A DNA stretch of 31,421 bases from a virus (taxonomy: Duplodnaviria; Caudoviricetes). Positions 7,170 through 16,379 of this stretch are shown here, one piece after another; the stretch's first letter is position 1; each line of letters starts with the position of its first letter. Under the pieces are notes generated by a model. It searched no databases and had not been told where the DNA came from. It saw nothing but the letters and a program-made list of their open reading frames with translations. The position numbers and the translations under genes are program-made. Where the stretch lies: positions 1 to 31,421 of IMG/VR virus record IMGVR_UViG_3300014208_000386; one strand, given 5' to 3'.

Positions 7170-9839
7170 TCACCTCAATCCTAGTTTTTTCCACAATGGA
7201 CTCAATGCTTTATCTATTTTAGCAAGTTGACCACTTGCAAATGTGGCACCATTTAACTTAGCATTGAACATTTCCGAAACAACTTCCATCCCTTGTGCAT
7301 TAGACAGTGCATATTTTGAAAGTTCTCTTTCAATTTCTTTTCTATTGGTTCTTAAAAGACTAGTTAATTCCACACGGATTTTCTTTTGCTCGGTCTCGGT
7401 TAAAAGGTTTGACCATGATGCATGACCAAATTCATGTTTTACTGTGCCCTTTACAGATGCCTCAACAACAAAATTTTGCTGGTATGATTTTAGAATATCA
7501 TCCGCATCGGCTTTGCCAAAGACAAAATTATTGAATCTTAAAAGATTATCATCCGCACTATAAACGGCGGCCCCGTCCATTTCTGTGCCATTGAATGTTT
7601 CGATTCGGCTTATTTTACCTGTCATGGCTTTATGCCCTGAACTTAACTCGTAAAGTTGATTATTAATTTTATTTGCCGCGTCTATATGCATTCCAGAATA
7701 ATCAACCTCTTCGGCCAATCTCACATCCCTAGCCCATTGCTGCGCTTCATTTATCGTGGATGCAGGTGTAAACCCTTCCCCGGGAGGATTAACAGGCGAT
7801 ACCTCATCAGAAATCACAGGTAACACGGTGCATCTACAGTTTGGTTCATCAGGTGACATGCTACCGTTTGAAAATGGTTCGTCTATCCCTACAACTTCAC
7901 CATTCATATCTTCGTGTTCCGGGCGGACTCTGTTGTCTAACGTAGCAAGCCATTCTTTTTTCTCTATCTTGGCCGCCCTATAGGTATCTAGCGCACCACT
8001 ATTAACGGTTGTAGTAGTCTCCGTACGCGATATCAGTGTAGCCCTGTAGCCCTTGGCATCTTCATATACTGATGCTACGCGGTCACGTAGCTTAGGAATG
8101 GATTCACCTTCCATAATTCCTTCGCTCAACGTTGTCCGTAATTTCCCTTTTGTCGTATCGTTAATTATCTTAGACCTCTCAAGTCCTTCCTTTTCTATCC
8201 ATGTTTTAAATTTTGGGTTGACAACATCAAAACTTATGCCAAAGCCAAATGTAGATTCTGCAAAATCATACCCCTCTGTTAGAGAAGCCATCCATAAAGG
8301 ATTTAGTGTCGCTTTTAATTTGCCGGATTCTTCTCCCCAGTTCAGTATGTCGTCCGGGTCTAACGCCTTAACGCTCTTCGACAGACTAGCATTCACCCTA
8401 TCCTGCTGCGACTGGAAATACTTCTTGAGGGCATTAATAAAAGGCCGCTCATTTTTTACAGCCGCCCTGTCGAATACTTTCCATATCGCTTGCTTATGCT
8501 CGGGGGTTAACCCTTTTTTTTTACCAACTTCGGGGGGCGGGGGTTCGGGTGCTACGGGGGGAATGTTTGTGGGGAGGGGTCCATCGCCGGTTATTGAAGT
8601 CGGGATCATGTTGAGGGGGGTGTACATGATTTCGCCCTTATCGCCCGGTAAATCTTCCCAGCCATTGGTCCGTCTCCATTCGTTCACGGTTATTCCACCG
8701 TTTTTTAAGCCTTCGGATGCCTTCTTTAATTCAAACTCATCATCAGCCGGGACCACATTGTCAAATTCAAAATAAATATCGTCTGCGAATTTAGAAACCA
8801 ATTGAAGGTTTAACGTGTCACCGATAAATTTAAGCTCTTTTCTTAATACATTTTTTGCATATAAAAAGTATGCCGAATTTATGGTGCTTCTGTTAGAATT
8901 TTCCAATATGCCTAGCAACTCTGGAGGTATACAGAAGTGTTGATTAGCGGTATCTCTTAGGTACTTTCTGCTATTCACATAATCCATTTCCTTGCTAGTT
9001 TCTTTAAGGATTTGGAATTTAGCATCCCAATTAAGAAACCCTGTTTTATGCTGGTTGTTAAATCCTCCGTATTTAGTATTCCATAACTCCTCCGTTCTAT
9101 CGATTTCTTCTTTTGAGGCCCCTGGCATCATCCCAACCATATCAGGAACTGCCCCATTGAAAAAATACTTTTTGGCAAATTTTGCCATATACTCGTCCGT
9201 TTCCAGTTCATCCCCGATTTGTTCTACTCTCCCCATTCCGCGAAGATAGGGGTTCCTAACGTCAGGCCGCTTGAAGTAAACAACGTCTTCTGGCAAAACA
9301 GGAATAGCCGAAGCTTGCATGTTTCCCTGTGGATAAATCATATAATATGGATTAGAACTACTTGGGATAGAGAGAACCCAGTTCGGAGGTACGGGCCAAG
9401 CCTCACTAGGCTTTGTAAGACCATTTTTTTCTAATACCCAAAACGCCTCGCCTGGTGGCATTAGTAAGTAGACTTCAGTGATATAAAATAAAACGTATTC
9501 TGTTATAGTTAAATTAGAATTAGGTTTTTTAAGCAACTTTTCTATTTGGCTGTTTGGTATTTTAATTTTTTTAGGGTCAGTATTATTGTAAATTCCGTAT
9601 GCAGAAGTAGCCACATCTGAAGCAATTTGATGCACAGGATTTAGACGAGGGGATTTATTGTAAAGGTCTATCCAGTCCCCAGCAGACCTGCGCGGAGGCT
9701 CTCCATACATTGGGGTAAATCGTTGCGCCATAGTAAGCAAGGATTGCCCAGGCAGGCCGGTAAAGACAGATTTTATTATATTTAATCTTTCCTGGAATGA
9801 CATTTTGTGTGTTTTGATGTGGGAACGTTCAATTAACAA
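7170..9839 (-). CDS. HK97-type portal fused to a MuF (SPP1 gp7-like) domain and a C-terminal HExxH metallopeptidase-like domain
   Basis: Portal about aa 1-420 (GEAFW, YFFNGAVP, FCIPPELLG, ITVNEWR), Pro-rich linker, MuF (RATLISRTET, KEWLATLD.RVR..H, PNCRC), then VKHEFGH...SKYA...EVVSE. Confidence 0.9.
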   Translation of the reverse strand: MLIERSHIKTHKMSFQERLNIIKSVFTGLPGQSLLTMAQRFTPMYGEPPRRSAGDWIDLYNKSPRLNPVHQIASDVATSAYGIYNNTDPKKIKIPNSQIEKLLKKPNSNLTITEYVLFYITEVYLLMPPGEAFWVLEKNGLTKPSEAWPVPPNWVLSIPSSSNPYYMIYPQGNMQASAIPVLPEDVVYFKRPDVRNPYLRGMGRVEQIGDELETDEYMAKFAKKYFFNGAVPDMVGMMPGASKEEIDRTEELWNTKYGGFNNQHKTGFLNWDAKFQILKETSKEMDYVNSRKYLRDTANQHFCIPPELLGILENSNRSTINSAYFLYAKNVLRKELKFIGDTLNLQLVSKFADDIYFEFDNVVPADDEFELKKASEGLKNGGITVNEWRRTNGWEDLPGDKGEIMYTPLNMIPTSITGDGPLPTNIPPVAPEPPPPEVGKKKGLTPEHKQAIWKVFDRAAVKNERPFINALKKYFQSQQDRVNASLSKSVKALDPDDILNWGEESGKLKATLNPLWMASLTEGYDFAESTFGFGISFDVVNPKFKTWIEKEGLERSKIINDTTKGKLRTTLSEGIMEGESIPKLRDRVASVYEDAKGYRATLISRTETTTTVNSGALDTYRAAKIEKKEWLATLDNRVRPEHEDMNGEVVGIDEPFSNGSMSPDEPNCRCTVLPVISDEVSPVNPPGEGFTPASTINEAQQWARDVRLAEEVDYSGMHIDAANKINNQLYELSSGHKAMTGKISRIETFNGTEMDGAAVYSADDNLLRFNNFVFGKADADDILKSYQQNFVVEASVKGTVKHEFGHASWSNLLTETEQKKIRVELTSLLRTNRKEIERELSKYALSNAQGMEVVSEMFNAKLNGATFASGQLAKIDKALSPLWKKLGLR

Positions 9840-9871
9840 TTATTTCACCTGCCTTTTTAAATTTTTGCATT

Positions 9872-9898
9872 AAAAAAGCACCCTATTTAGGATGCTTT
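9872..9898 (-). terminator. Intrinsic terminator-like hairpin
   Basis: Minus strand AAAGCATCCTA-AA-TAGGGTGCTTT-TTT overlapping the HNH stop codon. Confidence 0.6.
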
Positions 9899-10672
9899 CC
9901 ACTTACCATTTTTTCTTATATTGTCTTCGGCCCATAATGGCTGTAAATTCTCCAACGCCCAGCATTGTTTAAACTCGGGGTCTTCTGGAGACGTAAAGTT
10001 GAAACTTGATATTGGTCTTTCGTGGTCTACATGCCAATTTCCATAATTACCCCATTCCATGCCATACTGAAACTGTTTTTCTAAATGTTCTTTTAATTGT
10101 TCGGTTGTATATCCTACTAATAATTCCCAACGTGCTCCATTTTTATTTCCTTTTAAACTGCGCCATATAGCAGTACGCATATTTTTATTAAGTCTAAATT
10201 TTGGGTCTTCATCGCATTTTCTGGCCATCAATTCTCTGGCAGATTTATTAACTATTTCCTTGTTTTCTTTGCGCCATTTTTTATGTCTTTTGTATTGAAT
10301 TTCTTTGTTTTTGGAATACCAGTTTCTGTTTTTTATAATAACATATTCTTTATTTTCTTCATGCCATTGTTTCTTTTTTTTATTATTGCAAACTTTACAA
10401 TCATTCCGTAAACCATTGCCGTGTTTATGAAAATTTTCTAATGTCGCGGGCAATTCTTCCCCGCACTTAATACAAATTTTAGTTTTTTTATTCTTGTTTT
10501 CATGGTATTCACTGTTATATTTTTCACAATGCTCATTACATTCTTTTTTGCAATATTGGCACGTCTTACAAATAGAATATAAACCGTATTTACCCATCTT
10601 GTTTTTAGTAAAGTATTCCGCAGTTGCCGGATGTTCTTCCCCACACTTCGTACAAACCTTGGTTTTATTCAT
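9887..10672 (-). CDS. HNH-type (homing) endonuclease with two N-terminal zinc-finger repeats
   Basis: Two C..CGEE.PAT.E.F...C..C repeats; C-terminal WHVDHERP...NLQPLWAEDNIRK. Confidence 0.85.
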   Translation of the reverse strand: MNKTKVCTKCGEEHPATAEYFTKNKMGKYGLYSICKTCQYCKKECNEHCEKYNSEYHENKNKKTKICIKCGEELPATLENFHKHGNGLRNDCKVCNNKKKKQWHEENKEYVIIKNRNWYSKNKEIQYKRHKKWRKENKEIVNKSARELMARKCDEDPKFRLNKNMRTAIWRSLKGNKNGARWELLVGYTTEQLKEHLEKQFQYGMEWGNYGNWHVDHERPISSFNFTSPEDPEFKQCWALENLQPLWAEDNIRKNGKWKAS

Positions 10673-10713
10673 AACAAAAATACCTCCTGTCGTATTGCCC
10701 TGATTTTTATTTC

Positions 10714-10768
10714 GTGAGGCCGGCTCAGGAAAGCCGTTTTAACAAGGTCATGACTCCTTGTACCTCAC
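10714..10768 (-). promoter_or_regulatory. Predicted three-stem structured leader RNA upstream of the HNH gene
   Basis: P1 GTGAGG/CCTCAC, P2 ACAAGG/CCTTGT, P3 CGGCT/AGCCG with loop TTCCTG complementary to the downstream CAGGAG. Confidence 0.6.
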
Positions 10769-10774
10769 ATATTT

Positions 10775-10783
10775 ATTATACCA
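10775..10783 (-). promoter_or_regulatory. Extended -10 promoter (TGnTATAAT)
   Basis: Minus strand TGGTATAAT lies 6 nt upstream of the structured leader. Confidence 0.6.
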
Positions 10784-10794
10784 TATTTCCCGAC

Positions 10795-12372
10795 TTACCG
10801 CATATAATATGATGGTTTCTTCAGTGTTTTCCATAAGGCTTGCAGTGAATCTGCCGCGTCGTCTTTATCTGCCTTATTATGGTACATCAAAACCTCATTA
10901 TTGTACTGTGTATTCAGACTGTTAAACAGTATCATGCCCCCGTTAATGTCGGGCTCCATCTGAAGAATCCTGTTGTGCTTATTATCCGTTGACCTGAACC
11001 CAGTAACTTTCCTATAACAGCCTTTTTCTACCAAGTATCGTCTTAATTGCTCGGTTCCATCTTCCTTGTAAGTGTTTTCCTCAAAAATAACCTCGTCTAT
11101 CTCGGGAAAAGTCTCAATAAACCATGCCGTGTGTTCCATTATCTTAGTTAACTTGTGGTCTTTTAACTGACCTTCGCGCACGCACACGCCACCGTTTAAA
11201 CTTCCCCCAAGAGTATAAGCTGTGTTATCAAGGCCTTTGCCTTCTGCCGGATCTATTGTCAGTTTAAGGTGTTCAATTTTGGGAGGTTCATCATATAACT
11301 CCTGCCAATATCTTAGTGTCTTAAATGGCAAGTCACCGCCACTTTTCGGCTCATTTTGATCCTCACACCAAAAGGCATCCTCTGATTCCTCGCGTTCGAG
11401 CATCGTTGCATAATAGGATCCTTTATATATCATTTTCTCGTCCGGGTATTTGCCAGGCCACAACATCTTAACCCCTCTGAGCATTTCCTCTTTATTGTCA
11501 AGGTGAAACTGGTAAGCATCTTCCATTCTATTCTCATTAGATAAGTCGCGGAAAAGTTTTCTCCACTGTTCCCAAAGTTCTTCATTCTCAGGGAACGATA
11601 TTACCTTCTTATACAACTTAAACTTCCATGTAGGTTTTTGGATAACCTTTGCAAGCAAACTATCTACTGCCAGCAATGTCCCAACGTAAATGTATATAGT
11701 ATCGTAGTCACCAAGTTTTAGCATTTCTTCAGTAAATGCTTTCTCCAGCTTCGCCCGCAAACTGGGCGATTCCATAACTTTTTTATCCTCAAGGTCGTCA
11801 AAAATTACAAACGATGGTCGGCGTTTCTTGTTCTTCCCCCTGATTCCCGCCGTCCAGCCGGCACATTCTACCGTTATCCCAGTTACAGTTTCTAGTTCGT
11901 AGTTATTCCATACTTTGCCCTTCTGTGGGCCGAAGTCCTCCACTATCGCCGGACTTTCCAAAGCATTTTTAACCTTACCTAAGAAATTGCTCGACGTATC
12001 TTCATTGGCACTTATGAATAAGATATACTCCTGTTTCTTCTTATAGCATGTGGCCCATACCGGTATCGCTACGGTGCATATCGTGCTTTTAGCGTGTCCC
12101 CTGGGGGCTACCCTTGCCTCCTTAGTCGGTTGCCCGGCCTCGATAATAACCTTCATATCATTCATCATTTCTATAGCGTAACTGCCGAATTCGCGGTCAA
12201 ACTGGTCCGGCATGTAGGCTTTACAAAAGTATTCCGGGTCCATTTCGCCAAGCATCCTTCTTAGGCCGCTCGCTCCGGTTAAAGGATAACTGGAAAGTAT
12301 ATCCTCGGCATCATCAATTCCGAAATGTTTTATTACTGCATCTATTAAAAGTGCTTTTTGTTGTTCGTCCAT
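10795..12372 (-). CDS. terL: Terminase large subunit
   Basis: Walker A APRGHAKST, IFDDLED Walker B, TIDPA nuclease motif, DDAAD. ATG at 12372 follows GGAGG (track start 12390). Confidence 0.95.
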   Translation of the reverse strand: MDEQQKALLIDAVIKHFGIDDAEDILSSYPLTGASGLRRMLGEMDPEYFCKAYMPDQFDREFGSYAIEMMNDMKVIIEAGQPTKEARVAPRGHAKSTICTVAIPVWATCYKKKQEYILFISANEDTSSNFLGKVKNALESPAIVEDFGPQKGKVWNNYELETVTGITVECAGWTAGIRGKNKKRRPSFVIFDDLEDKKVMESPSLRAKLEKAFTEEMLKLGDYDTIYIYVGTLLAVDSLLAKVIQKPTWKFKLYKKVISFPENEELWEQWRKLFRDLSNENRMEDAYQFHLDNKEEMLRGVKMLWPGKYPDEKMIYKGSYYATMLEREESEDAFWCEDQNEPKSGGDLPFKTLRYWQELYDEPPKIEHLKLTIDPAEGKGLDNTAYTLGGSLNGGVCVREGQLKDHKLTKIMEHTAWFIETFPEIDEVIFEENTYKEDGTEQLRRYLVEKGCYRKVTGFRSTDNKHNRILQMEPDINGGMILFNSLNTQYNNEVLMYHNKADKDDAADSLQALWKTLKKPSYYMR

Positions 12373-12388
12373 AAACCCTCCACAAAAC

Positions 12389-12428
12389 AAAAAGCGGCCC
12401 CCAAACCGGTTAAGGTCAAGGGGCCGCT
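12389..12428 (-). terminator. Strong hairpin with U-tract directly upstream of the terL RBS
   Basis: Minus strand AGCGGCCCC...GGGGCCGCT-TTTTGTTTT. Confidence 0.6.
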
Positions 12429-12437
12429 AAGAGCCTG

Positions 12438-12614
12438 CTAATTATTTTTTTGGATCAATACTTTGTCAGGATATACAAGTCCTTCCAACATTACTATAAG
12501 GAATTCCGCCGTAAAATTAGCACTGAAGTGTGTCACTGTCTTACAATGCCTGCATTTGAACGACCTGTCTTTTATTACTGTTCTGCCGCATCCTGTGCAT
12601 TTAACCTTGTCCAT
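12438..12614 (-). CDS. 58-aa zinc-ribbon protein, Mu Com-like (not in ORF track)
   Basis: MDKVKCTGCGRTVIKDRSFKCRHCKTV...: CxxC-x11-CxxC. Start overlaps the end of maf. Confidence 0.6.
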   Translation of the reverse strand: MDKVKCTGCGRTVIKDRSFKCRHCKTVTHFSANFTAEFLIVMLEGLVYPDKVLIQKNN

Positions 12615-14637
12615 AAAGTTTTTCCTTCGCCTTAACTAAACTTTGCAGACATATTTCTGAAATATCACCAATAAAAGCATACCAATTAATAAATTGTAGA
12701 AGGACTTCATTTGAGTTTGAATGAAGCATAACTGTCTTCATTTCAAAAGATAAGTGTGCGCTTTGTGCGACGTGCATCAGGAATCTTTGAAATGTATCCT
12801 GGTACTTCCCCTGTATCTCAAAACGTGGCGTGATAATCTCTTGCCTTATTTCTGCAATACGTTCGGGTACCGGGTTATTTTCCAACTCATCTTTGTGCTT
12901 TTTGCAGGCCTCGGCCCCTTTGATACAGTTGTCTATTATCGCCCTTACATCTGTCTCGGTCTTTTCGATTATACCTTTTAATTGCTCGATGTCTCTTGAA
13001 ACTTCTTCGCCGGTGAACTGTTTAAGATTTTCTTGAATAATTTGCAACGGGTTAAAATCCTCCGTCATATACTGCTGTATGGTTTCATCAAATTTTGCTA
13101 TGTGTGTTCCGGGTATGTAGGCGCCACCTTCTGTGCAGTTTATTACCTTTTTGTTGTTAGTGTTAGCTTCTTTTAAATAATCCTCTATCCTGGACATGGT
13201 TTGTTGTTTTGTTTCCTCAGGCATATCCCCGCTTGTAATATTGTCCTTCATCACAAACAGGACTGGCTTGGGGATATTATATGTATTGGCATCATGTCGA
13301 AGGTTACCATTGAATTGGGCAATGTCTAATTCGTAAGCTTTCAGAAAGTTATACCAGCCTGTATTTGTTTTTATCTGGTCTACATAGTTCCCTTTAACAT
13401 AGAGTATCCCTTCTCCCTCACTGGAAAACGGAACTTCTGTAGCGTGGGTTTCGTCATTGTCGCCATAAGCCAAGTCTTGACCGACCAAAACAATTGGATC
13501 GCAGCCAAGGGCTTCTGCTATCTTAAACGCCATATTGGAACTGGAAAGTTTTATCTCTAGGATACCTCTGTCAATCTCTAGCCATTTGAAGTGGTCAAAG
13601 TTGCGATAGACGATTATCTTCGGCCCAGTGTAGGATTCATAAACATGATTGAATAATACCGGGCAGGCGGTCATGTAAACGTCCTTGACTTCTTCGGGAT
13701 CAAAGTCTCCAAAAAACTGTTCTACTTCATGCTCCCTCTCTAACGAAGTTACCATGTGCGGCTTAATACCATTTTCCATAAGTAACTTAAAACTAGAATC
13801 AACGCTGATTATCAAAGCCTTATCTTCCAAGCATTTCAGCAGGTGCATGTTCTTTTTCAAACTGGGTCCGGTTGCCACTATCACCGCTGGTTTGCCTTTG
13901 AATTTATCGTATAGTAAATTTATCCCGGGGTTATTGACTATCTCATTTACATTATCCAACATGTTTTCTAGTCCGATAAGCGAATCCTCCGGGCAGTTCC
14001 CAAAGTTCTGTATGCTGTGCCAGATTGATTCAAATAATTTCTGTAAGGCCTGCAAATAGTATTCTTTGCCTATCTTCATCGAAGGATATAGGAAAATCGG
14101 CTGCGTTGCCCCGCACATTAACATTTCAGGCAGATTCTTTGAGTAGAAATCCCGAAATGAGACATACAGTTGTTCTATGGGTAAGCCTACAAAGAAATGT
14201 ATTTTTGGGTTATTCAACATTGGTGTTAAATCAACGACGTTCATAGCACACATGAACATCTCCGGATCTTTTTCTATGATTATAATGGCCTGTGTTTGGT
14301 GTTCCTTGGCTAACTGTTGCATAAAATATATTACTTCGTAGAAAAGGCCCGCCCCACAGAAAACTGGTATTTTGACGTTCTTGAGGTCGAAACCACGAAA
14401 CTGCTCTTTGCAATATTGTTGCATATTGCCAATATAATAAAACTGGCCGTCTGGTAGTATAACATTCGTTAGGCAGTTTCCTTGTTTAGCAAGTTTGTAA
14501 TGTTCAATCTTGATAGTGCTCAACATTAAAGCTAAATCGGGGTACCTTTTTTGTAAGGCTTCAAAGTTGTTTTTAAATATGTTAGGGTCAATTTGCATTT
14601 TCTCTTGTTTGTCCAAGACTTCTTTTACTTCAGCCAT
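12601..14637 (-). CDS. maf: Motility-associated factor (Maf/DUF115) family protein glycosyltransferase
   Basis: N-terminal F..NFEAL, GKPAVIVATGPSLKKN, GIKPH.V.SLER, A.ALGCDPIVLVGQDLAY, INCTEGGAYI, helical C-terminus; 678 aa. Confidence 0.88.
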   Translation of the reverse strand: MAEVKEVLDKQEKMQIDPNIFKNNFEALQKRYPDLALMLSTIKIEHYKLAKQGNCLTNVILPDGQFYYIGNMQQYCKEQFRGFDLKNVKIPVFCGAGLFYEVIYFMQQLAKEHQTQAIIIIEKDPEMFMCAMNVVDLTPMLNNPKIHFFVGLPIEQLYVSFRDFYSKNLPEMLMCGATQPIFLYPSMKIGKEYYLQALQKLFESIWHSIQNFGNCPEDSLIGLENMLDNVNEIVNNPGINLLYDKFKGKPAVIVATGPSLKKNMHLLKCLEDKALIISVDSSFKLLMENGIKPHMVTSLEREHEVEQFFGDFDPEEVKDVYMTACPVLFNHVYESYTGPKIIVYRNFDHFKWLEIDRGILEIKLSSSNMAFKIAEALGCDPIVLVGQDLAYGDNDETHATEVPFSSEGEGILYVKGNYVDQIKTNTGWYNFLKAYELDIAQFNGNLRHDANTYNIPKPVLFVMKDNITSGDMPEETKQQTMSRIEDYLKEANTNNKKVINCTEGGAYIPGTHIAKFDETIQQYMTEDFNPLQIIQENLKQFTGEEVSRDIEQLKGIIEKTETDVRAIIDNCIKGAEACKKHKDELENNPVPERIAEIRQEIITPRFEIQGKYQDTFQRFLMHVAQSAHLSFEMKTVMLHSNSNEVLLQFINWYAFIGDISEICLQSLVKAKEKLYGQG

Positions 14638-14695
14638 TATATCGCTCCTTTATTTCTTTTATTCCTTAGGTCCAGTAGGAAAATATTTCGCATTT

Positions 14696-15541
14696 TCATA
14701 GAATTTGTTGTATTTCATCTATGGTTAAAAATTTGTCATTGTTGCCAGAATCATATCCTGGTTCCATTTCTTCATGAATTTTCTCCCCTGGTCTTATTCC
14801 AACCACTTTATAAGGCATTCCCATGGCTTCGGCAAGGTCGATAATGCGAATACTGGGCAATCTAGGTATGTAAAGTTCGCCGCCTTGCATCTTTTCAATG
14901 CTATCTTCGACAAACCGCATCACGTCAGGCATCATGAAATGGAATCTGGTCATTCGTTCATCTGTGATAGGCAACCATCCTACTCCCTGCTCGATTAACT
15001 TCTTCCATGCAGGGTAGACACTTCCGGAACTACCAAAAACATTCCCGTAACGACACACAGAAAACCGGATATTGTTATCTGCTGCCGTAGTATTTGCATT
15101 CAGCCACAACCTTTCAGCCAGGGCCTTTGTCGCGCCGTAGGTATTGCATGGGGCCACGGCCTTATCTGTACTAATTAGCAGACTTTTGGATATGCCGCAA
15201 TCTATGGCTGCATCAATGACATTCTGTGTGCCGATGACATTTGTTTGCATGGCCTCTGTGGGGTTATATTCACACGTAGGAAGGTCTTTCAAAGCCGCTG
15301 AATGCAGAACTATGTCTACATTTTTAAAAGCTCTTAAAAGTCTCTCCTTATCACGTACATCTCCAATAAAATAACGAACCCAAGGTAACTCCCCAAGTTC
15401 GTCTTCAAGATTTTTCTGTTTTAACCAATCCCGGCTGAATATAATTAGCTTTTTGGGTGGTTTATCCTTAAGGTATTTTGCAAAAGCCGTACCCATAGAA
15501 CCTGTGCCACCTGTGATAAGTATTGTTTTGTCTTTAAACAT
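14696..15541 (-). CDS. pseB: UDP-N-acetylglucosamine 4,6-dehydratase (PseB/FlaA1-like, compact)
   Basis: ITGGTGSMG, FSRD..KQ, GDVRD, HSAALK, EYNP.EA, STDKAV.P.N.YGATK, RYGNV.GS.GSV, GIRPGEKIHE. Confidence 0.88.
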   Translation of the reverse strand: MFKDKTILITGGTGSMGTAFAKYLKDKPPKKLIIFSRDWLKQKNLEDELGELPWVRYFIGDVRDKERLLRAFKNVDIVLHSAALKDLPTCEYNPTEAMQTNVIGTQNVIDAAIDCGISKSLLISTDKAVAPCNTYGATKALAERLWLNANTTAADNNIRFSVCRYGNVFGSSGSVYPAWKKLIEQGVGWLPITDERMTRFHFMMPDVMRFVEDSIEKMQGGELYIPRLPSIRIIDLAEAMGMPYKVVGIRPGEKIHEEMEPGYDSGNNDKFLTIDEIQQIL

Positions 15542-15553
15542 TTTATCGCCCCT

Positions 15554-15778
15554 TTACTCAGTCATGATTCTTGACAAAAACTCTGGAATTATCTTTAGCC
15601 TTAAAGTGCAAGGTGCAGTTGTCACTTCATCTTTTGTAGTTGCCTCAATAACAACTTCTTGCAACCCGTGAAGTATTTTACCGTTCAGATAAAGCTCACC
15701 AACCCCCACGTTTTCTTTCTGCACATAAACCAAAGTTGGGGTTTTGTCCATTTTTAGTTCAAAAGGCTTGTCTAACAT
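15554..15778 (-). CDS. Hypothetical protein
   Basis: 74 aa with GGGGCGATAAAA RBS; fills the gap between neighbours. Confidence 0.6.
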   Translation of the reverse strand: MLDKPFELKMDKTPTLVYVQKENVGVGELYLNGKILHGLQEVVIEATTKDEVTTAPCTLRLKIIPEFLSRIMTE

Positions 15779-15789
15779 TTTTATCGCCC

Positions 15790-16041
15790 CTATTCAAGAG
15801 ATTCTTTTTCAAGTTGTTCAACAGTTTCCTTAAGATATTTGGTTACCTTCATATAACCTTCTGTATTATCTTTCTCTGCAAAACCTCTAAATTTAACCCT
15901 GGCCGGATAAGCCTTTTTCACTTCCTGGGTCTCTATGTCAACATCTACCACAATTGCCCACCCGAACACATGTAGAATAGTATTAATAAACCATAGCAAA
16001 CCTGAGTCCCTAAATTCTTCCCATGATTTTCTTGTTACCAT
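15790..16041 (-). CDS. Hypothetical phage protein
   Basis: MVTRKSWEEFRDSGLLWFIN...; AAGGAGCGG RBS before ATG 16041. Confidence 0.7.
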   Translation of the reverse strand: MVTRKSWEEFRDSGLLWFINTILHVFGWAIVVDVDIETQEVKKAYPARVKFRGFAEKDNTEGYMKVTKYLKETVEQLEKESLE

Positions 16042-16053
16042 TTTCACCGCTCC

Positions 16054-16362
16054 TTAAATAGTAAATTTCAATCCTTTTTCTTCCCACCTATAATGACCAG
16101 GATATGTTTCACCTTTTGTCTTATAAGACATTTTGCCCCATGCACACCCAATGCAAAATATTTCCCTCATACCGCACTGCATAATTGGTCTAAAAAATTC
16201 AAGCCTAATCGGAAATGGGTTATACCATTTTATTTTCTTTCGTTTTTCTAATTGATGTTTTGTTCCGAAAATATAAGCAGTAGAACCAATCCTAATATTT
16301 ATAATTGCATTACCTTCCGCCTGTGCCAAAGCACTGTTTTTTATTATCAAAAACTTAAACAT
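16054..16362 (-). CDS. Hypothetical protein
   Basis: 102 aa with GGGGAGTGG RBS. Confidence 0.55.
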   Translation of the reverse strand: MFKFLIIKNSALAQAEGNAIINIRIGSTAYIFGTKHQLEKRKKIKWYNPFPIRLEFFRPIMQCGMREIFCIGCAWGKMSYKTKGETYPGHYRWEEKGLKFTI

Positions 16363-16379
16363 TTTTCACCACTCCCCCT

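Noticed and set aside
9328-9336. Perfect DnaA box TGTGGATAA inside the portal gene
   Set aside because: A single 9-mer within coding sequence, compatible with chance.
14637-14699. 20-codon mini-ORF between pseB and maf, or a frameshifted pseB tail
   Set aside because: Too short, with no independent RBS or motif, so neither reading can be supported.
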